Assembly: GCA_964247055.1 (NCBI GenBank)
Contig: OZ176054.1
Span: forward strand, 3,844,001 to 3,908,000
Reading direction: 5' to 3'
DNA length: 64,000 bases
Source: Paragordius varius
Lineage: Eukaryota > Animalia > Nematomorpha
This document shows positions 1-13,769 of the stretch, piece after piece. A program made the translations under genes and the position numbers. Numbering within the stretch: position 1 is the first letter of the stretch; the number at the start of each line of letters is the position of its first letter. The notes beneath the pieces are model-generated. The model saw only the letters and a list, made by a program, of their open reading frames with translations, had not been told where the DNA came from and made no database searches.

Positions 1-491
1 CTTAGTATAATTTTGTATCATCTACTTTAAAATATTATTTTGTAATAATATTTTTTAGTATTATATCCCTTTTGTTAATTAACGCCATTAATTGCCGTGT
101 AAAGTCGTTTAATATTTGTATATACCACATATTACCATTAAATTAAATTTCGGGTACTGTGACTTGACTTCTTCAAGGTAAAAATTATAATTTATACAAA
201 TTTTTTATATACGATAACCGTAATATTCAAATTAATTAATAAACTAAAATATTTTAAAATGTCGGCAAATCTGAATATGTTTTTTTCAAATTTGCCAACG
301 GAATAAACAAAAATGAAAATAAATAGCAGATGTATCGTGGTTGTAATTGTTACGTTTGAAATATATTAAATATTTGTTGTCAATGCTATATTTTTTCAAC
401 GCGGCCCGCAGATTTTTTCAGCTGAAAATACGGCCCCTAAAGTCAATTGGATACCGTTGTCTTATAGCATTAACAAAAATTTAAAGATTCT

Positions 492-757
492 AACTATTTC
501 TATAAATATATGTATACAGTCATGTATCTCTTATTTTATCAAAAAAATATTTTTTTTTGTTAAATGGGTATACATATTTGGTAAAGAATGGAAAAACCAA
601 GAGCTCTATGGTTATTCTTATACTTTTTTGATGAATATGATCCATTGTTAATGCCATAGATATTTTTTCCATCCTAAATATTTATACCCATTTAACGAAA
701 AAAAATAAATTTTTGATAAAATAAAGGATACATGACTATATATTATAGCAAATTGTT
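492..757. repeat. Imperfect long inverted repeat (hairpin) in a PIGQ intron
   Basis: The reverse complement of ~492-579 (tatacccatttaacaaaaaaaaatatttttttgataaaataagagatacatgact) closely matches ~677-757 (tatacccatttaacgaaaaaaaataaatttttgataaaataaaggatacatgact). Confidence 0.8.
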
Positions 758-816
758 TATTAACGGATTAAAAAAATGTGCATATATTATTGGTTAAAAA
801 TTAATAAAAAAAATAC

Positions 817-1385
817 TTGGAGGCATATACATAAATGCAGTAAATATGAAATGTGAGTAATGATATGGTATCGACCAATATGGCCAAAAAGTAGGTAAAA
901 CCAAACCATAAGGAATACTTTGCAATCATAAACAAGTAGATCAGCGCAAAGCCAGATAATTTGACATATTCTATATGTATAATTAATAAATTATATAAAC
1001 AATTTTTTAGCAAAAATTAATAAAATTTTAAAATTTACCTGACCATAGTTTAACGTGAAAAAGATAAAAATATCCAAGAGATGATGTCAGAGGCCGTACT
1101 AATTTAAGACCAGAGGGAATACCCATTAACCAATTTATATTGTTTTTCAATCGAGATGATACCACCTTAACGTTAAAAATAATTTACCTCCATTAGATTC
1201 AATACCATAAGGCCATACTTATCATAATCAAAAAATTTGGCGAGTAAAAAATAAAATAGTAGGCCAAGAAAGGCGTTAAAAATTATAAATGCCACATGAG
1301 CTTTAATATCATAAAAAGTTTGGACTAAATGATATCTAAAAAAAGAATTAATTATTTTATTTTTTTTGTCCATGTGTTTATACAT
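817..1385 (-). CDS. PIGQ: GPI-GlcNAc transferase subunit Q (PIG-Q/Gpi1), partial; remaining 3' exons presumably lie left of the window
   Basis: Exons 1385-1188, 1165-1039 and 970-817 (GT-AG introns of 22 and 68 nt) splice to ...NWLMGIPSGLKLVRPLTSSLGYFYLFHVKLWS...LVDTISLLTFHIYCIYVYASK. This matches the Gpi1 motifs WLMGAPAGLK and LLTFHIYCFYVY. Confidence 0.9.
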
Positions 1386-1432
1386 TTTTTATCATCTGAT
1401 TTACTTATTTTGAGTATATATTTACATCCGTC

Positions 1433-1962
1433 ATGGTATTTTTAATTTTTATTTTGTAGAAAGTAAAAGCACGCGCCTTACGGGGAAAGAAAAAGGCAGA
1501 ATTATTAAAACTTTTAGATGATTTGAAGCAAGAATTATCTGAATTACGTGTCGCCAAGGTCACGGGTGGAGCACCGACCAAATTATCTAAAATGTAAATA
1601 TTTTATATGCATGTATTACCCTTAAATAATTTTTATTATTTAAGTTTAGACCATGCTAAACTATTGGCAATCAAAACCATTGTTTTTTTGATTAATGAAA
1701 AATTCACTGATTGTATCGCAATATTTATAGACATACCACCAGAAAATCAATTGCTCGTGTTTATACTATAATTAATCAAACACAAAAGGAAAACCTGCGA
1801 AAGTTTAATGCTAAATCCAAACGGTTACCATTGGATTTGCGTAAGAAGAAGACCCGTGCTATGAGGAGACAACTTACAAAACATGAAGCCAACATTAAAT
1901 CCAGGAAACAGCTTCGAAGGGAGAGATTATACCCTAGACGTGTTTATGCACTTAAGGCCTAA
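1433..1962 (+). CDS. RPL35: 60S ribosomal protein L35 (uL29)
   Basis: Exons 1433-1435, 1460-1593 and 1731-1962 give [56 protein letters not shown]...[12 protein letters not shown]. Introns are 24 and 137 nt. Confidence 0.98.
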
Positions 1963-3869
1963 TAATTTATTTGTATTTTATGGTTATGATATAAAAATAA
2001 ATATATCAACATTTATATTCACAACAGTATTCTAAAGTAAAGAGATTATTATTTCTTATTTGGTATGGTTTCAGAAAAAATTTAATGTTTTATGCTTTTA
2101 AAACTTGTATCGTGTTTCTTTCTGGATAGATTTATGGGATTTAACATTTGGTTAACAAGGAGCTTAGTCGTTAATTATCCAAATTTTTACCTAAATGTTT
2201 TTTATTTAACACAGATAAAATTGAGTGTTATGTCTATGAGTCACTCGGCATCCAAACTGATGTTTTTTATTTTTCCAGCTTTTTTGAGTGGCTATTTCCA
2301 TGTCTTGAATTCTTTTTGATGTTGCTGTAAAAACAAAATAATCCGCAGTCATTAGCCTTTAAGGTGGGCCTTGTTTGATATCTTTACATAATTTAACTAA
2401 AACGGATAATGAATTTTTCACCAGTTTAGGACAAATAACATGTGCTTTACGCAATTCGTTGTTTTGTAACACATCAATTCTATCGCGTTAATTATTCATT
2501 CGTGTACATACATTATTGGACGTGATCGGTGCCCATTCTATGGCTCGTTGGAGAACTATAAGTATCAATTAGTAATTTCAAAATCTTATTCTGATAAAAA
2601 TGATATCAATCGTGCTGCTGTTAGATTTATATGCGTACTATAATTCATTTCTTGAAAATTGCTTCTTATTAATTTGAGTGGCCTGTAAGTGTCACTCCAC
2701 CCCATCATATCTCTTCTATTTGTTAATCGCTTTACAGTTTTTAAACAATTTCAAGGATGCGATTTGTTGGAACAATATAAGGCCACATATACATTCTGAT
2801 TTGCATTTGTACCCGCTTATAAATATCCATTTCTAATAGGTGTGCCCTGTGACACGTCGCTTTGACTTAGTGGACAATATCATTAGCAAAAATATACTTT
2901 TTCTGCAAATAAAATAAAAAATTTGGTGCCACATACACCATTTATATGTTTGAAGTCTAGCTCAATCTGGAAAATACTAAAAACATTATTGACTTATGGG
3001 TTATTCGAAACTTGATATAAAGTCACGTTATTTTTATATGGTGGGAAGTTTTCTGGATATAGTGTGCAGCGGATAATCAATAAAAAGCGGTGGTTACAAT
3101 TTTTTTACGGCAAATATCTCAACCTATTGAACCCATATGGTTCAAGGAGTTTTTGGTAAAAATGGTTAAAAGCCACGTTATTATTTTCACACGGAAGGCT
3201 TACCTAAAGGGCTAATTCAAAAATATGACTTGAGGATAGTGGGGGGGGGTTATAAATAATCAATTTTCTATTTGGTTCAATGGCCTAATTTTTGTCTCCA
3301 ACCAGCAGTCACATTTTTAAAATACATAGAATTGGTTGCATGAGAAACCTCATGTATTTTTTTTAAAAAACTTGGTTTCAGTGTATTCTAACGGACGTAG
3401 GTAGATAGTATGTTAATAATTAAATTTTTTTAAGCAATAATTCAAATTTCTCGCTAAATAATTAAAATCATTCAAGAAAATGTGCGAAATTACCTTTATA
3501 ATAATTTTTTTTATATTTTTTTTATTTTAAGTTTTATTTAAAGTATATTACATATTCCTAATCATAATTCTTATTCCTCAGCAAAGATGCGTTATTTTTT
3601 CATTTTTATTTAATATTGGATTTAAATGGGTCTACCGGTTTTCCGGAAACAGATCACAAAGCCACCACTTTCCATTTTATATATATATATAGATATGGTA
3701 CTTTTTTTGGTTTGCTTTTTTAATTTAATTTTAAAGTGTATATTTTATTGTTTATTTTTTTCTGATATTTGAAACTTGATAATAAATCTAAATTTATTGT
3801 GGATTTAGGAGACTAGATAATTTTTTGGTTCCTATCTTATATTCTCTTTTTCATCTAATTTTGTTTGTG

Positions 3870-5720
3870 AAGCATGCAGGATAGACCTGGCCAGTCGCTA
3901 CACGGAGGTAGGGGCCAATAGGGATAAAGAATGTTGTAGAGTGTGTTTTGCCAGTATAAATGTTGATTCGTTAAGAAGTAAGCTAGATGAATTAGTTCAA
4001 ACCATCTAAAAAAGGAATTTGTGCATTCAGGAGACTAGATATCGTGGAATGGCACTAAGGCGTTAAGCAACTATAAAATGTTTTATTCAGGTTCTAAGGA
4101 TGGTTACAGTGGGGTCTCGATAATAGTTGCCCAAGATGTGCCAATCATGTAGTTGAGATTAGATGTGGACAATAGAATTATATGTATTCACCTATTGTTG
4201 AATAAGATTTACCATCTTTACCGTTTTCTCTCCCCGTATAGGGTTGACTATACCAGAGAAAGATAAATTTTATGATTTGTTAGATGGAGAAATGACTTCA
4301 TTAACGAAAGACAGAGAAATATTATTTTTGGTGATTTCAATGGACATGTGGGACAAAATAGAAGAGGTTTTGAGCCTTGGCGTGGCGGAAAAGGTTACGG
4401 GGTTAAAAATGAATAAGGGGCTAGTTTATTAATATTTGGTCAATCTTATAACTTAGCTATAACAAATATCTTTTTTACTAAAAGGGATAGCAATTTAATT
4501 ACCTACAAATGGAAATAATAAGTCATAAATTAATTATATCCTTGTACCACGAAAGTCTTCAAATATGTCGACTGCAAACATACCTAACCTGCAGATTAGT
4601 GGATGTGTATAAATATATGACAGATATAACAATAAATGCTAAAAGACGTAAGCTTATAGCGCCGAAGGTAATTAAATCAAAAACGGTAAGCATACTAGAG
4701 AACAGCGATCCAGAAAGTGTGGGTCTCAGGTGACTAAGACAATTAGAGAGGCGGGAGTTAAGGTGTGTGGATTGAAAGGTGGTAGAAATCAGGTGTATAG
4801 AGAGGCATGACTGAAAGACGAAAAAATAATTTGAAATTGCGAGAGAAAAGTAAAGCTTTTAAAATGTGAAGGTTTACCCATTAAGCAGATGACAAGGAAA
4901 AATATAAAAGCGTAATACTTAAAAGGCTTGCGAGAATGGTCAAAAACGAGAAAACGGAATCACTATATGAGGGGTTAAACAATAAGCAAGGTCTAAACAA
5001 AGTTTTTAAAATTGCTCCACAAAGACATAGAAATTGTCCCCTTACGAGACCGCTTTTAAAGACTAAACGGTAAATTACTCGTTGAAGAAGAGAAAATTAA
5101 AGAGAGTAGGAAAGAATATTTCCAGGACCTTGAATTGGGTGTCAGTAAAACGAATTTACCCTATACACTAGACTATGTATGTGCGCTTATTGAAAGTATA
5201 ACTAAAAAAGAAGTCCAGGTTGTTAGAAGAGATGTTTATAAATAAAGCTGCAGGTCCAGATGATATTAATATAAACTGTTGGAAAATAAGGTCAGAGAAA
5301 AATATTGAATTTTTAACGGATATTTTTAATAATATAGTTACTACAGGTATGATACCATCCGAATGAAAGGAGAGTTTCATTCCCATTTTAAAGGGTAAAG
5401 TAAATATAAATGATTGTAACAATTACAGAGGGATAAGATTGATACTGCATACAAGGAAGTTGTAATATTATAGTAATGAATAAAAATGGTAGATGATAAT
5501 CAATTTGGTTTTATTCCGAGAAAGTCCACCATCGATCCGATTCACCCTGTAAGAAGGCTGATTAAAAATCATATAGAAATGAAAAAAGAGTTGCATGGTA
5601 TTTTAATCGATATTGAGGCGTTCGACAGGATACCACGGATTACAATATGGTGTAGTTTGAGACTAAAAAACGTTGCTGAAAGTTACATAAAATTTCTAAA
5701 ATACGGCTTTCACAGTACCA
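3870..5720 (+). mobile_element. Decayed RTE-clade non-LTR retrotransposon (APE endonuclease plus start of RT), with many stops and frameshifts
   Basis: GDFNGHVGQNRRGFE...G.KNE*G...NLAITNIFFTKRDSNLITYK near 4330-4510 is APE-like. CNNYRGI and QFGFIPRKSTID...LIDIEAFDRIPR at 5410-5700 are RT-like. Boundaries are approximate. Confidence 0.85.
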
Positions 5721-7861
5721 AGCTTCCTGCAAAAAAAATATGTAAATCTATTCTCCTTTAGCCTGATATATTTCTAAATTGCGTAAAGTTATTCTAATTT
5801 GTACAAGTTAAATAGATGGATGTTTCATTCTACTTTCGCATACGTGCCTTATTATACACTAAAAAAAATTGAGGGGCCGAATAATAATTTTTTCAATATG
5901 GCTTATGTGGTAAAATAACATTTATCAACACAACAGACATATTTTAATGGTAACAAACAATTTCAAACAAATCTTGTTTATGACAATGACAAGTCTATTT
6001 TAATACGATGTCTAATATAGGCATCCGAGTGTTTAGATACATTTATAAAATATTTTATTTTTGAATATCCTCTATGTATAATTTGAGGGGTCAACACTAA
6101 TAACTTAACAACTATTAATAATTTCATCTTTATTTGGTACATCTGGACAAAACTTATTTGCGATTTAATATAATACAGCTTTTGAATTGGGATCATTTTA
6201 GAAATCGGTAAATTCTTCACGATGCATACACCAAGTTGTTAATAATTTGGAACCATATACCATGGATTTTTAACCAGTTTAAAATTTTAAGATTTATATT
6301 TTAGATTTTGGGATTCTGAATATAACCTGATTAAATTTAAGTAATTTCCTATATTTAAACACAAATTATTAATTTCTTATTTTCTTTTGAAGTTGTTTTA
6401 AATGTTGGATATAAAATATTTTTTCAGAATTCCCTTTGCATTTTTGTCGCAAAGGTAACAACAAATTTAGCCTTGACACAAATAATTCAGGGCCAGAAAA
6501 AATCCTTTGGTGCTGCTTGCGGTCAGTCGGCCGGGGTTTACCACAGGTTTAGAGGTTGTGTAAATATCATTGGTATTACTATGTTGTTCAGGTTTTGTCA
6601 TCCATTCATTTGTTCTATTTAATATATTAGTAAGGCAATTTTGATTTGCATAACTTTAGTCACTATTTTGGTGTTGCAATTATAATAGCCTTTATGGGTT
6701 TTCGCATTTCTGTTCATGCTTCTCATGTATTATTCAGAGCACCAATCCGTTAGTTTATCAATAGGAATGTTGTGGTGCTATTTAAGGCTTTTTTTTGACT
6801 ACACCCCTTGAAAAGTAAGTATTTTCTGGATTGTTCGGTGTTGTTAGGGAAATACGAATCGCGAATCGGTGTGCGCATAGTTTAATGGCCTTATGCGCTT
6901 TAAAGTTTAGATACTATTTGATTTCTTTGTAGCAACTTTTGTGTCGAAAATGGCCAATGCATTCATATCATTTCCTTTCATGTTTATCCAATAAATGAGC
7001 TATATCAAGTTTTTATATTTTGGTGCTTCAATGTAAAACTTTTAACATGTTTTCAAAACATTTCATATTTTAATATTTGATTATAAAGACGCTTGGGGCG
7101 TCACTTAACACAATTCGAGAACATGCAGACAAGATTTGTAAGAGAATGGTAGGCCAAAAAATTGCCAGGAAATATTAAAAAAGGTAAAGCTTAATATTTT
7201 TTGGCCAGATGAATTAAAATTTGGTTCGCTAGAAATAAAATTTAAACAAAAAATTCTACATAAAACAGGGTTTTTTTATATGTATTATCTAAGATTATAA
7301 CTCAAATAATGGTATTTTTACGTTAGGAAACTCTTGGTTGCACGTCCACTGCTAGTTAAACATATGACAATAGCTTAAACATCAACTATTATACCTATTT
7401 TTACCGATACTAGCCATTATATTGGTATATTTTTAAATTTTAATCCTTTTAATAAAATTTAGTGTCCGATAATCATCCATATATACTCTATAAAACAAAT
7501 AAATGAGTACATAGTATTTATTTTTTTCAAATGCATTTGTTAGATCATTTAAATTATTTATAGCTCATAGGGTTTTAATTAAAGCTATAATAAAAATTTT
7601 AAAAATAATCCTGCAAATTTTGAATAGTTGCTAATGAAAATATGATTTTCACTCATACCTATGTATTTTCAAAGGCATTAATTTTTATACATCACAATTT
7701 TAAGGTGATTTTTTGAGGTTGGAAATATTTCGCTTTTTTTGATAATAATTTTTTGATAATAATTTTTTTATAATTTATTACAAATATTTTTCACGAATGA
7801 AAATTTTTTATTTGATTTTATTAAATGGAATATAATTAATATCTACGAATAATCAATTAGC

Positions 7862-10800
7862 ATGATTTGTTCGACAAAAGAATGCAAAAACGAAGCAAGA
7901 TTTAAATGTCCCACATGTTTAAAATTAAACATTTTGGAAAACAACAATTTTTGTTCCCAAACATGTTTCAAATCATCATGGGACGATCACAAAACACTGC
8001 ACACAAAGGCAAGAAGTAATACCTAAAATCAATTTAGATAACGATTTATTTACTTACACGGGCAATCTCAAACCATTTCCACAAGTTTTTTTTGAATTTT
8101 AACTTGTAATAAAGTCTGCGCACCGAATTGTACCGCCTCACATAGGCCGACCGGATTATGCAGATCATCCAAATGGTATTTTTGTTTTGGCTAAACATAG
8201 GTGTATCACTCGAGGAGAAACAATCTAAATCGACAGGAATAATCAAGGTGCTAAATGAAGATGAAATAATCAAATTAACTAATACTTGTAGGGTAAGGGT
8301 TATTTATCTCATATATAATTATGTTCTATTACTGTTTTATTTATAAATTCTAAAGTGTACTATTTTAACCTATTTAGTCATAAATCTTTCCCAATGGAAA
8401 AAATTAGATTGGCTCGATTACATCGATAAACTTAGTGGTTAGGCCCTATTTGAATGATTTATTTGGAAAATATGTCAATTTTTTACATCCATCTTTACCA
8501 TCAAATACATTTAATTTGTTTAACACTTGGATACAACACACTCATTTTAGTCCTTTGATTCAAATTGGGGTAGTTGGATACCCCAAGCCTGTTTAAAATC
8601 AAATACTTTAAAAAGTATGTAAGTATTCGAAACCATGGAAAAATTTTGCACATACATAACATTAATAAACCGAAATATATAAAAAATTTTAGTCAAAATA
8701 ACTTGATATTACCTATTTTAAGCTAAAACCAAAAGGTAAAAATTTCGTCAACGTGACATGTGTCAAATAAAATTTTAAAATAATACAAAATAAATCGCTT
8801 TTTCTATTTCTATCAATGTTAGATGTAAATTATATAAAAAATTAGATTTAGTTTTACCCTTAAAATTAAATGAGACGATATTTTGAAAAATTTTGTAAAA
8901 CAAAAATGGCGTCGAAGTAGTTTGAGATGGAACTTTTTTTTCAAAAGAAAATTTAATCAAGATATTTTAGCATATTTATATAATTTTTATCAGGATAGAA
9001 GCATAAATTTAAATTGGGACCGTTTCCTTCAGTATTTTTTTAAAAATATTAATTTAAATTTAGTCTGGGGTATTTAGATACCCCAATTTGAATCGAAGTG
9101 TTAAACGAAATTTTGATAACATCTGACACATTGGGATATTGAGTTATATTGGTGAATTTATTGATTTAATTATTATACAATATTATATAAATTTTACATA
9201 GCTAGCTCGTGAAGTTCTTGACGTTGCAGCCAAAAATATACGTGTCGGTATAACGACAGATATAATCGACCGAATAGTTCATGAAGTTATGTTTTATTGT
9301 TTAGTTTTTTGAAAATACATTGTATTATGTTTTAATTTAGTTTATTCAATTTCATGTATTGTCATAATTACATTGTTAATTTGTAGTTAATTTTTTAATA
9401 TTGATCCGTTTTTTGCGGACGATTTGGGAGTTAGTTTTTTTATTTTACAATTTCCTAAACAAACTTAATGCGCCTATTATCGTTTATTCCATTTTATAAC
9501 GGACTATTTTATTATCAATCATCAAACGACATATCGTTCATTTTTACATTAAACAAATTTGTGCATTATCGCTATTATCCGGAATATATTTAATCTTTTT
9601 TAGTTTTTAACCGTTTATTTTATATCAAATAATATTGTATTAGAATATATTAAATGTCTTCTTATGTATTATTTAATTATACAGATTTAAAAACCTGTTA
9701 CTAAATTTTTTTGTATAAAAAAAATATTTTGTTCATTTACTTTTTGAAAAATGGAGTTATTGCCTCTTAATAATTATTTTAATTTTGATTTTGTTTTAGG
9801 CTTGTATCGAGCGTAACTGTTACCCTTCACCGCTAAACTATTATAAATTCCCCAAATCCTGTTGCACGTAAAAAATATATAAAATATATATATTTTCAAA
9901 TTATGATAACAACATGTAAAACTCAGTTAACTAAATTAAAATTGAGGGATTAATTAGCATTAGAATGTGAATGTATGTTTAGTAATTAGCAATCTATCTT
10001 TTTTGAAGTATATTACTTTTCTTTATCTGATTAATGTAATTCAAAAATAATATTTTACGATTTTATGTGACTTTTTTTTATCTCGTCACAAATTTACATT
10101 TATAATCTTTTTGATCAATGCGTTTAGGTCGGTTAATGAAGTCATATGCCATGGAATACCTGATATGCGACCTTTGGAGGACGGAGATCTTGTTAACGGT
10201 ATTTAATAATATGAAATAAGGATTTGGAATCACTTTAATTCTGCAATTATACAATTTATATTTAAACAGGAATATTTATCGTTTTCAATGGAATAAATTT
10301 TGTAAATTGTTGTGATATGTTTTATTTTTTTAGCTTTAACAAAGTTTATTTGTAGTGAATGAAATATATGTTTAAATTAATTTAATTATTACTAAATTTA
10401 CATTATTCCAATTGATACAATAATTTAATTTAAACAGCATCCAATAATATAATATTATAATAATCTGTTTAATATCTTATGGTGATATCAATTATGTAAT
10501 ATGTTAGAATTTTAATTTCAAATTATTATTCTAAATATATTATTTTTATTATATATTTATATAAATTATGTAATATGTTAATTTTTTAATTTAAAGTTTT
10601 ATCAAATATTAGTCGATATTACCGTATACCATGATGGTTTTCATGGAGATTTGAATGAAACATTTTTCGTTGGAAACGTGGGTGAAGATACCAAGCAATT
10701 GGTTAAAGTTACGCACGAATGCTTGATGAAAGCCATAGAAATTGGTAATACTTTTACACATAAAACTTTTTTATGCGGTACATGGGACCGCATTAATAAA

Positions 10801-13527
10801 TTTCACAAAAAATTCATAATTTTTAAATTCAAATATTTTGTCAACTATTTTTAGGTGACAATAAAGTGCAAAAAAGCTTTTTTTGTGCGTGAGGATTTAA
10901 ATTTTATGTTTTGTTGATATCTAACGATAAATCTAATTCTTCCGAAAAAACTGTAAAAACCATAAGATAATTTGGTTATAATTACAATTTTTCGGTAAAA
11001 TGGCTAAATTTTAAAATAATCTTCGCGAATTATGTTTGACTGTAAAAAGTTTTATAAATTTTAGTTTACAAGATAATATATAGAAAAGCGGCCCATTCAT
11101 TTTTATTTAGTAATCTTAAACTGATAAAAATTTAAGCTATAATTATCTATAATATAACAACATCCTTGGGGCTATTAGACAATATAGACTGGATTATTTA
11201 AAATATACCTTTTATTCAATACAATAAAATTAATGGTATTAGAAAGTTTCAAAAATGACACTTGAAGAAAAAATATTGTCCAGACCCCTAATGTTATGAT
11301 GCTATTTTATTATAACGAAAAGCACAAATTAACTGATTCGAAGGTTTTGTGTAAATTTGGTTGAATTTTTTAACAAATATTATTTAAGAAATTTAAATAG
11401 TGATTCCTTTATAATTTCCCATAATCAAAAAAATTATTTTCATTCAAAAGAAATCCAGTTATTTAATTAGCCCTAACTCTGTAAAACAATTATTTTTTCG
11501 TATTAAAGATAAATATTGTAATAAAAATATTTGCAGTATTTATTTGAGCTTGCCTTATATGGTTCCTGTATATATTCGTTTTTTGTTCTATCATCGCAAT
11601 CATTTTTAAAGAGAAGATAACACTTTTTTGTTATTATGTTTTTCGATTATGATATTCATGATCCTAATTCAAGGCAAGAGTTTTAAGACATTAGCAATTA
11701 ATTATATTTGATCTTTTTGGCTTGTAAATTTAAATAATTGACAACGAGAAATATATTTTTATCCCCATAAATAATTCTTTAAAATCCTAAGCAACACATT
11801 ATTAACAATAACATTATCTTATCAAATTTTTGCATTGTTTTAGTCAAACCAGGAGTCAAGTATCGAGAAATTGGAAATGTTATTCAAAAAGTAGCGAATG
11901 CCCATGGATTTTCTGTTGTTCGTAGTTTTTGTGGTCATGGTATTCACAAGTAAAAATTGCTCAATAAACGAGATTTAATAAATTTTGCATGTCCATGTAA
12001 AATATTTTATAACAATTTATTTTACTATATTTAGTTTGTAATATCTAGATTACCTAATTTTTATGTATATTGCCTTGCTTAATTAATGTTATATTTTTAG
12101 AGTTTTTCACACACTCCCCAACGTGCCACATTATGCAAGTAAAAATAAGTTTAATGCCCTCATAAGAATATTATTTTTTTTTATAAAACAGTTTTTAAAT
12201 ATTATATTATCGCATTTTTCCAGAAAATAAAGCTACTGGCGTCATGCAAGCTGGACATGCATTTACAATCGAACCAATGATAAACCAAGGTAAATTTTAA
12301 TATCTAATATATAACATGCACAACCAGACTTTATCAACGCTTAAATAAAGATACTCGAAATTATTTTATTTTACAGTAGCGTATGGCATATAACATTATT
12401 AGTCTACAAAAGAATAAACGAATGTTATTTTAAAAAAAACAAGGGGATATATGTATAAACAACTAGTGTTGTTATTTTTTTAAAAAAATATTTTCTTATT
12501 CTTTTATGGACTAACATTGTTACATGCCATACGCTACTGTATAAATGTAATGGTAACTTTTGGGTTTATGAAAGTTTGATACCTATTTGTTTATTCTTTT
12601 CTATATATGGATGATATTATAAATGAGAAATAACTAGTATAAAAGGCTTATTTCCAGTTTTTATTACGATTTTTAAATATACTATCTACACTTCATATTC
12701 ACCCTAAAATCATGTGTTTTTTAAGATTAAAAATTAATTATACTTCTTTATATATTTAAAATATATATTTTGATTAAAATTAAAATAATACTGAGAAAAT
12801 ATAAACTATCCATAAAGAAATGTTTCATCTTAATGATGAATTTTAGCCCGAAAACACAATTTATTTTAAGGGTCAATTTGGATTGTTCAATGGTGAAATT
12901 AAATTGTAAATGGTATATAATCGTGAATGTTTCGAAAAACAGAGATAAAATGTTTTTTCTCTGCGGAATTTTCTTTTGATAAAAAATAAGTAAAATGTAT
13001 TATCAGTACGCTTTTTGAGATGCCTTTCTTTCTTATTCAACATTTTTAAGGTGGTAAAAGAAATTATACTAATACAATTTTATATTATTTTTTACATTAA
13101 TTTTTTTATCCATTAAAAAAGATACTATGTTGTTTGAAAATTTTGGATATAGAGTTGGGTAACTCAGAAATACTTGTTTTCCAAGTTTACCTAATTAATT
13201 TGATACCATAAAAATTTTTGCAGTTATAAGATTGAGAGCTTTTTTATTTTTATAACCCACCCATAGTTTAGTTTTATTTAACTTTTACCAAAATTTAAAC
13301 TAATATTACGTATAAAAGTTAAAATGTATTTATTTTATTATATCTAATGAAAAGGGACATGGAAAGATGTAATATGGCCAGATGGCTGGACCGCCGTAAC
13401 GAGTGATGGAAAAAAGAGTGCGCAATTTGAACAAACTCTCCTGGTTACTCCACAAGGTTGTCAAATTCTAACTGCACGACGTGATCCAAAATATGGTGCA
13501 CAACCACATTTTATGGACTCCCTTTAG
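7862..13527 (+). CDS. METAP1: Methionine aminopeptidase 1 (N-terminal zinc finger plus M24 domain), 12 exons
   Basis: Exons 7862-8015, 8038-8084, 8115-8175, 8201-8292, 9202-9285, 9800-9867, 10128-10198, 10613-10744, 11844-11949, 12101-12138, 12224-12289 and 13355-13527 are all GT-AG and phase-consistent. Motifs: CPTC...[48 protein letters not shown]. Confidence 0.98.
8524..9100 (+). mobile_element. piggyBac-like MITE copy A (full length, 577 bp) in METAP1 intron 4
   Basis: TTAA at 8520-8523 and 9101-9104; ends CACTT...AAGTG; subterminal inverted repeat CTT(C/T)GATTCAAATTGGGGTA at both ends. Confidence 0.85.
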
Positions 13528-13605
13528 TTTTAATCTATATATGAATTCAGCAATATACATTTATTATATTCAGCTAAAAATGTAAAAATAAATGTGTTGA
13601 TTTGT

Positions 13606-13645
13606 TATATATATATATATATATATATATTAATATATATATATA
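13606..13645. repeat. (TA)n microsatellite
   Basis: Direct reading; lies between the METAP1 and RFK 3' ends. Confidence 0.95.
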
Positions 13646-13769
13646 CTTTAACAAATCATGACTCAACCTTATATTAGTGTGAATGACTCATTCTGCAAAT
13701 CAATAAAATGTATTTGTAAGAAATGTATTATCGTACAGATCAAAAGAATATGATGAAAAGGGTAAAATA

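Noticed and set aside
8775-9077. ORF-track ORFs here and the similar ones at 22125-22310, 27661-27843, 29474-29695 and 44066-44260
   Set aside because: All lie within copies of the TTAA MITE. Their mutual similarity reflects the repeat, and the frames are not conserved between copies.
13655-13700. 12-nt match (ATGACTCAACCT) to the 5' part of the U34-like snoRNA
   Set aside because: The C box is mutated, the guide is broken and there is no CTGA D box. At most a dead duplicate; it could be chance.
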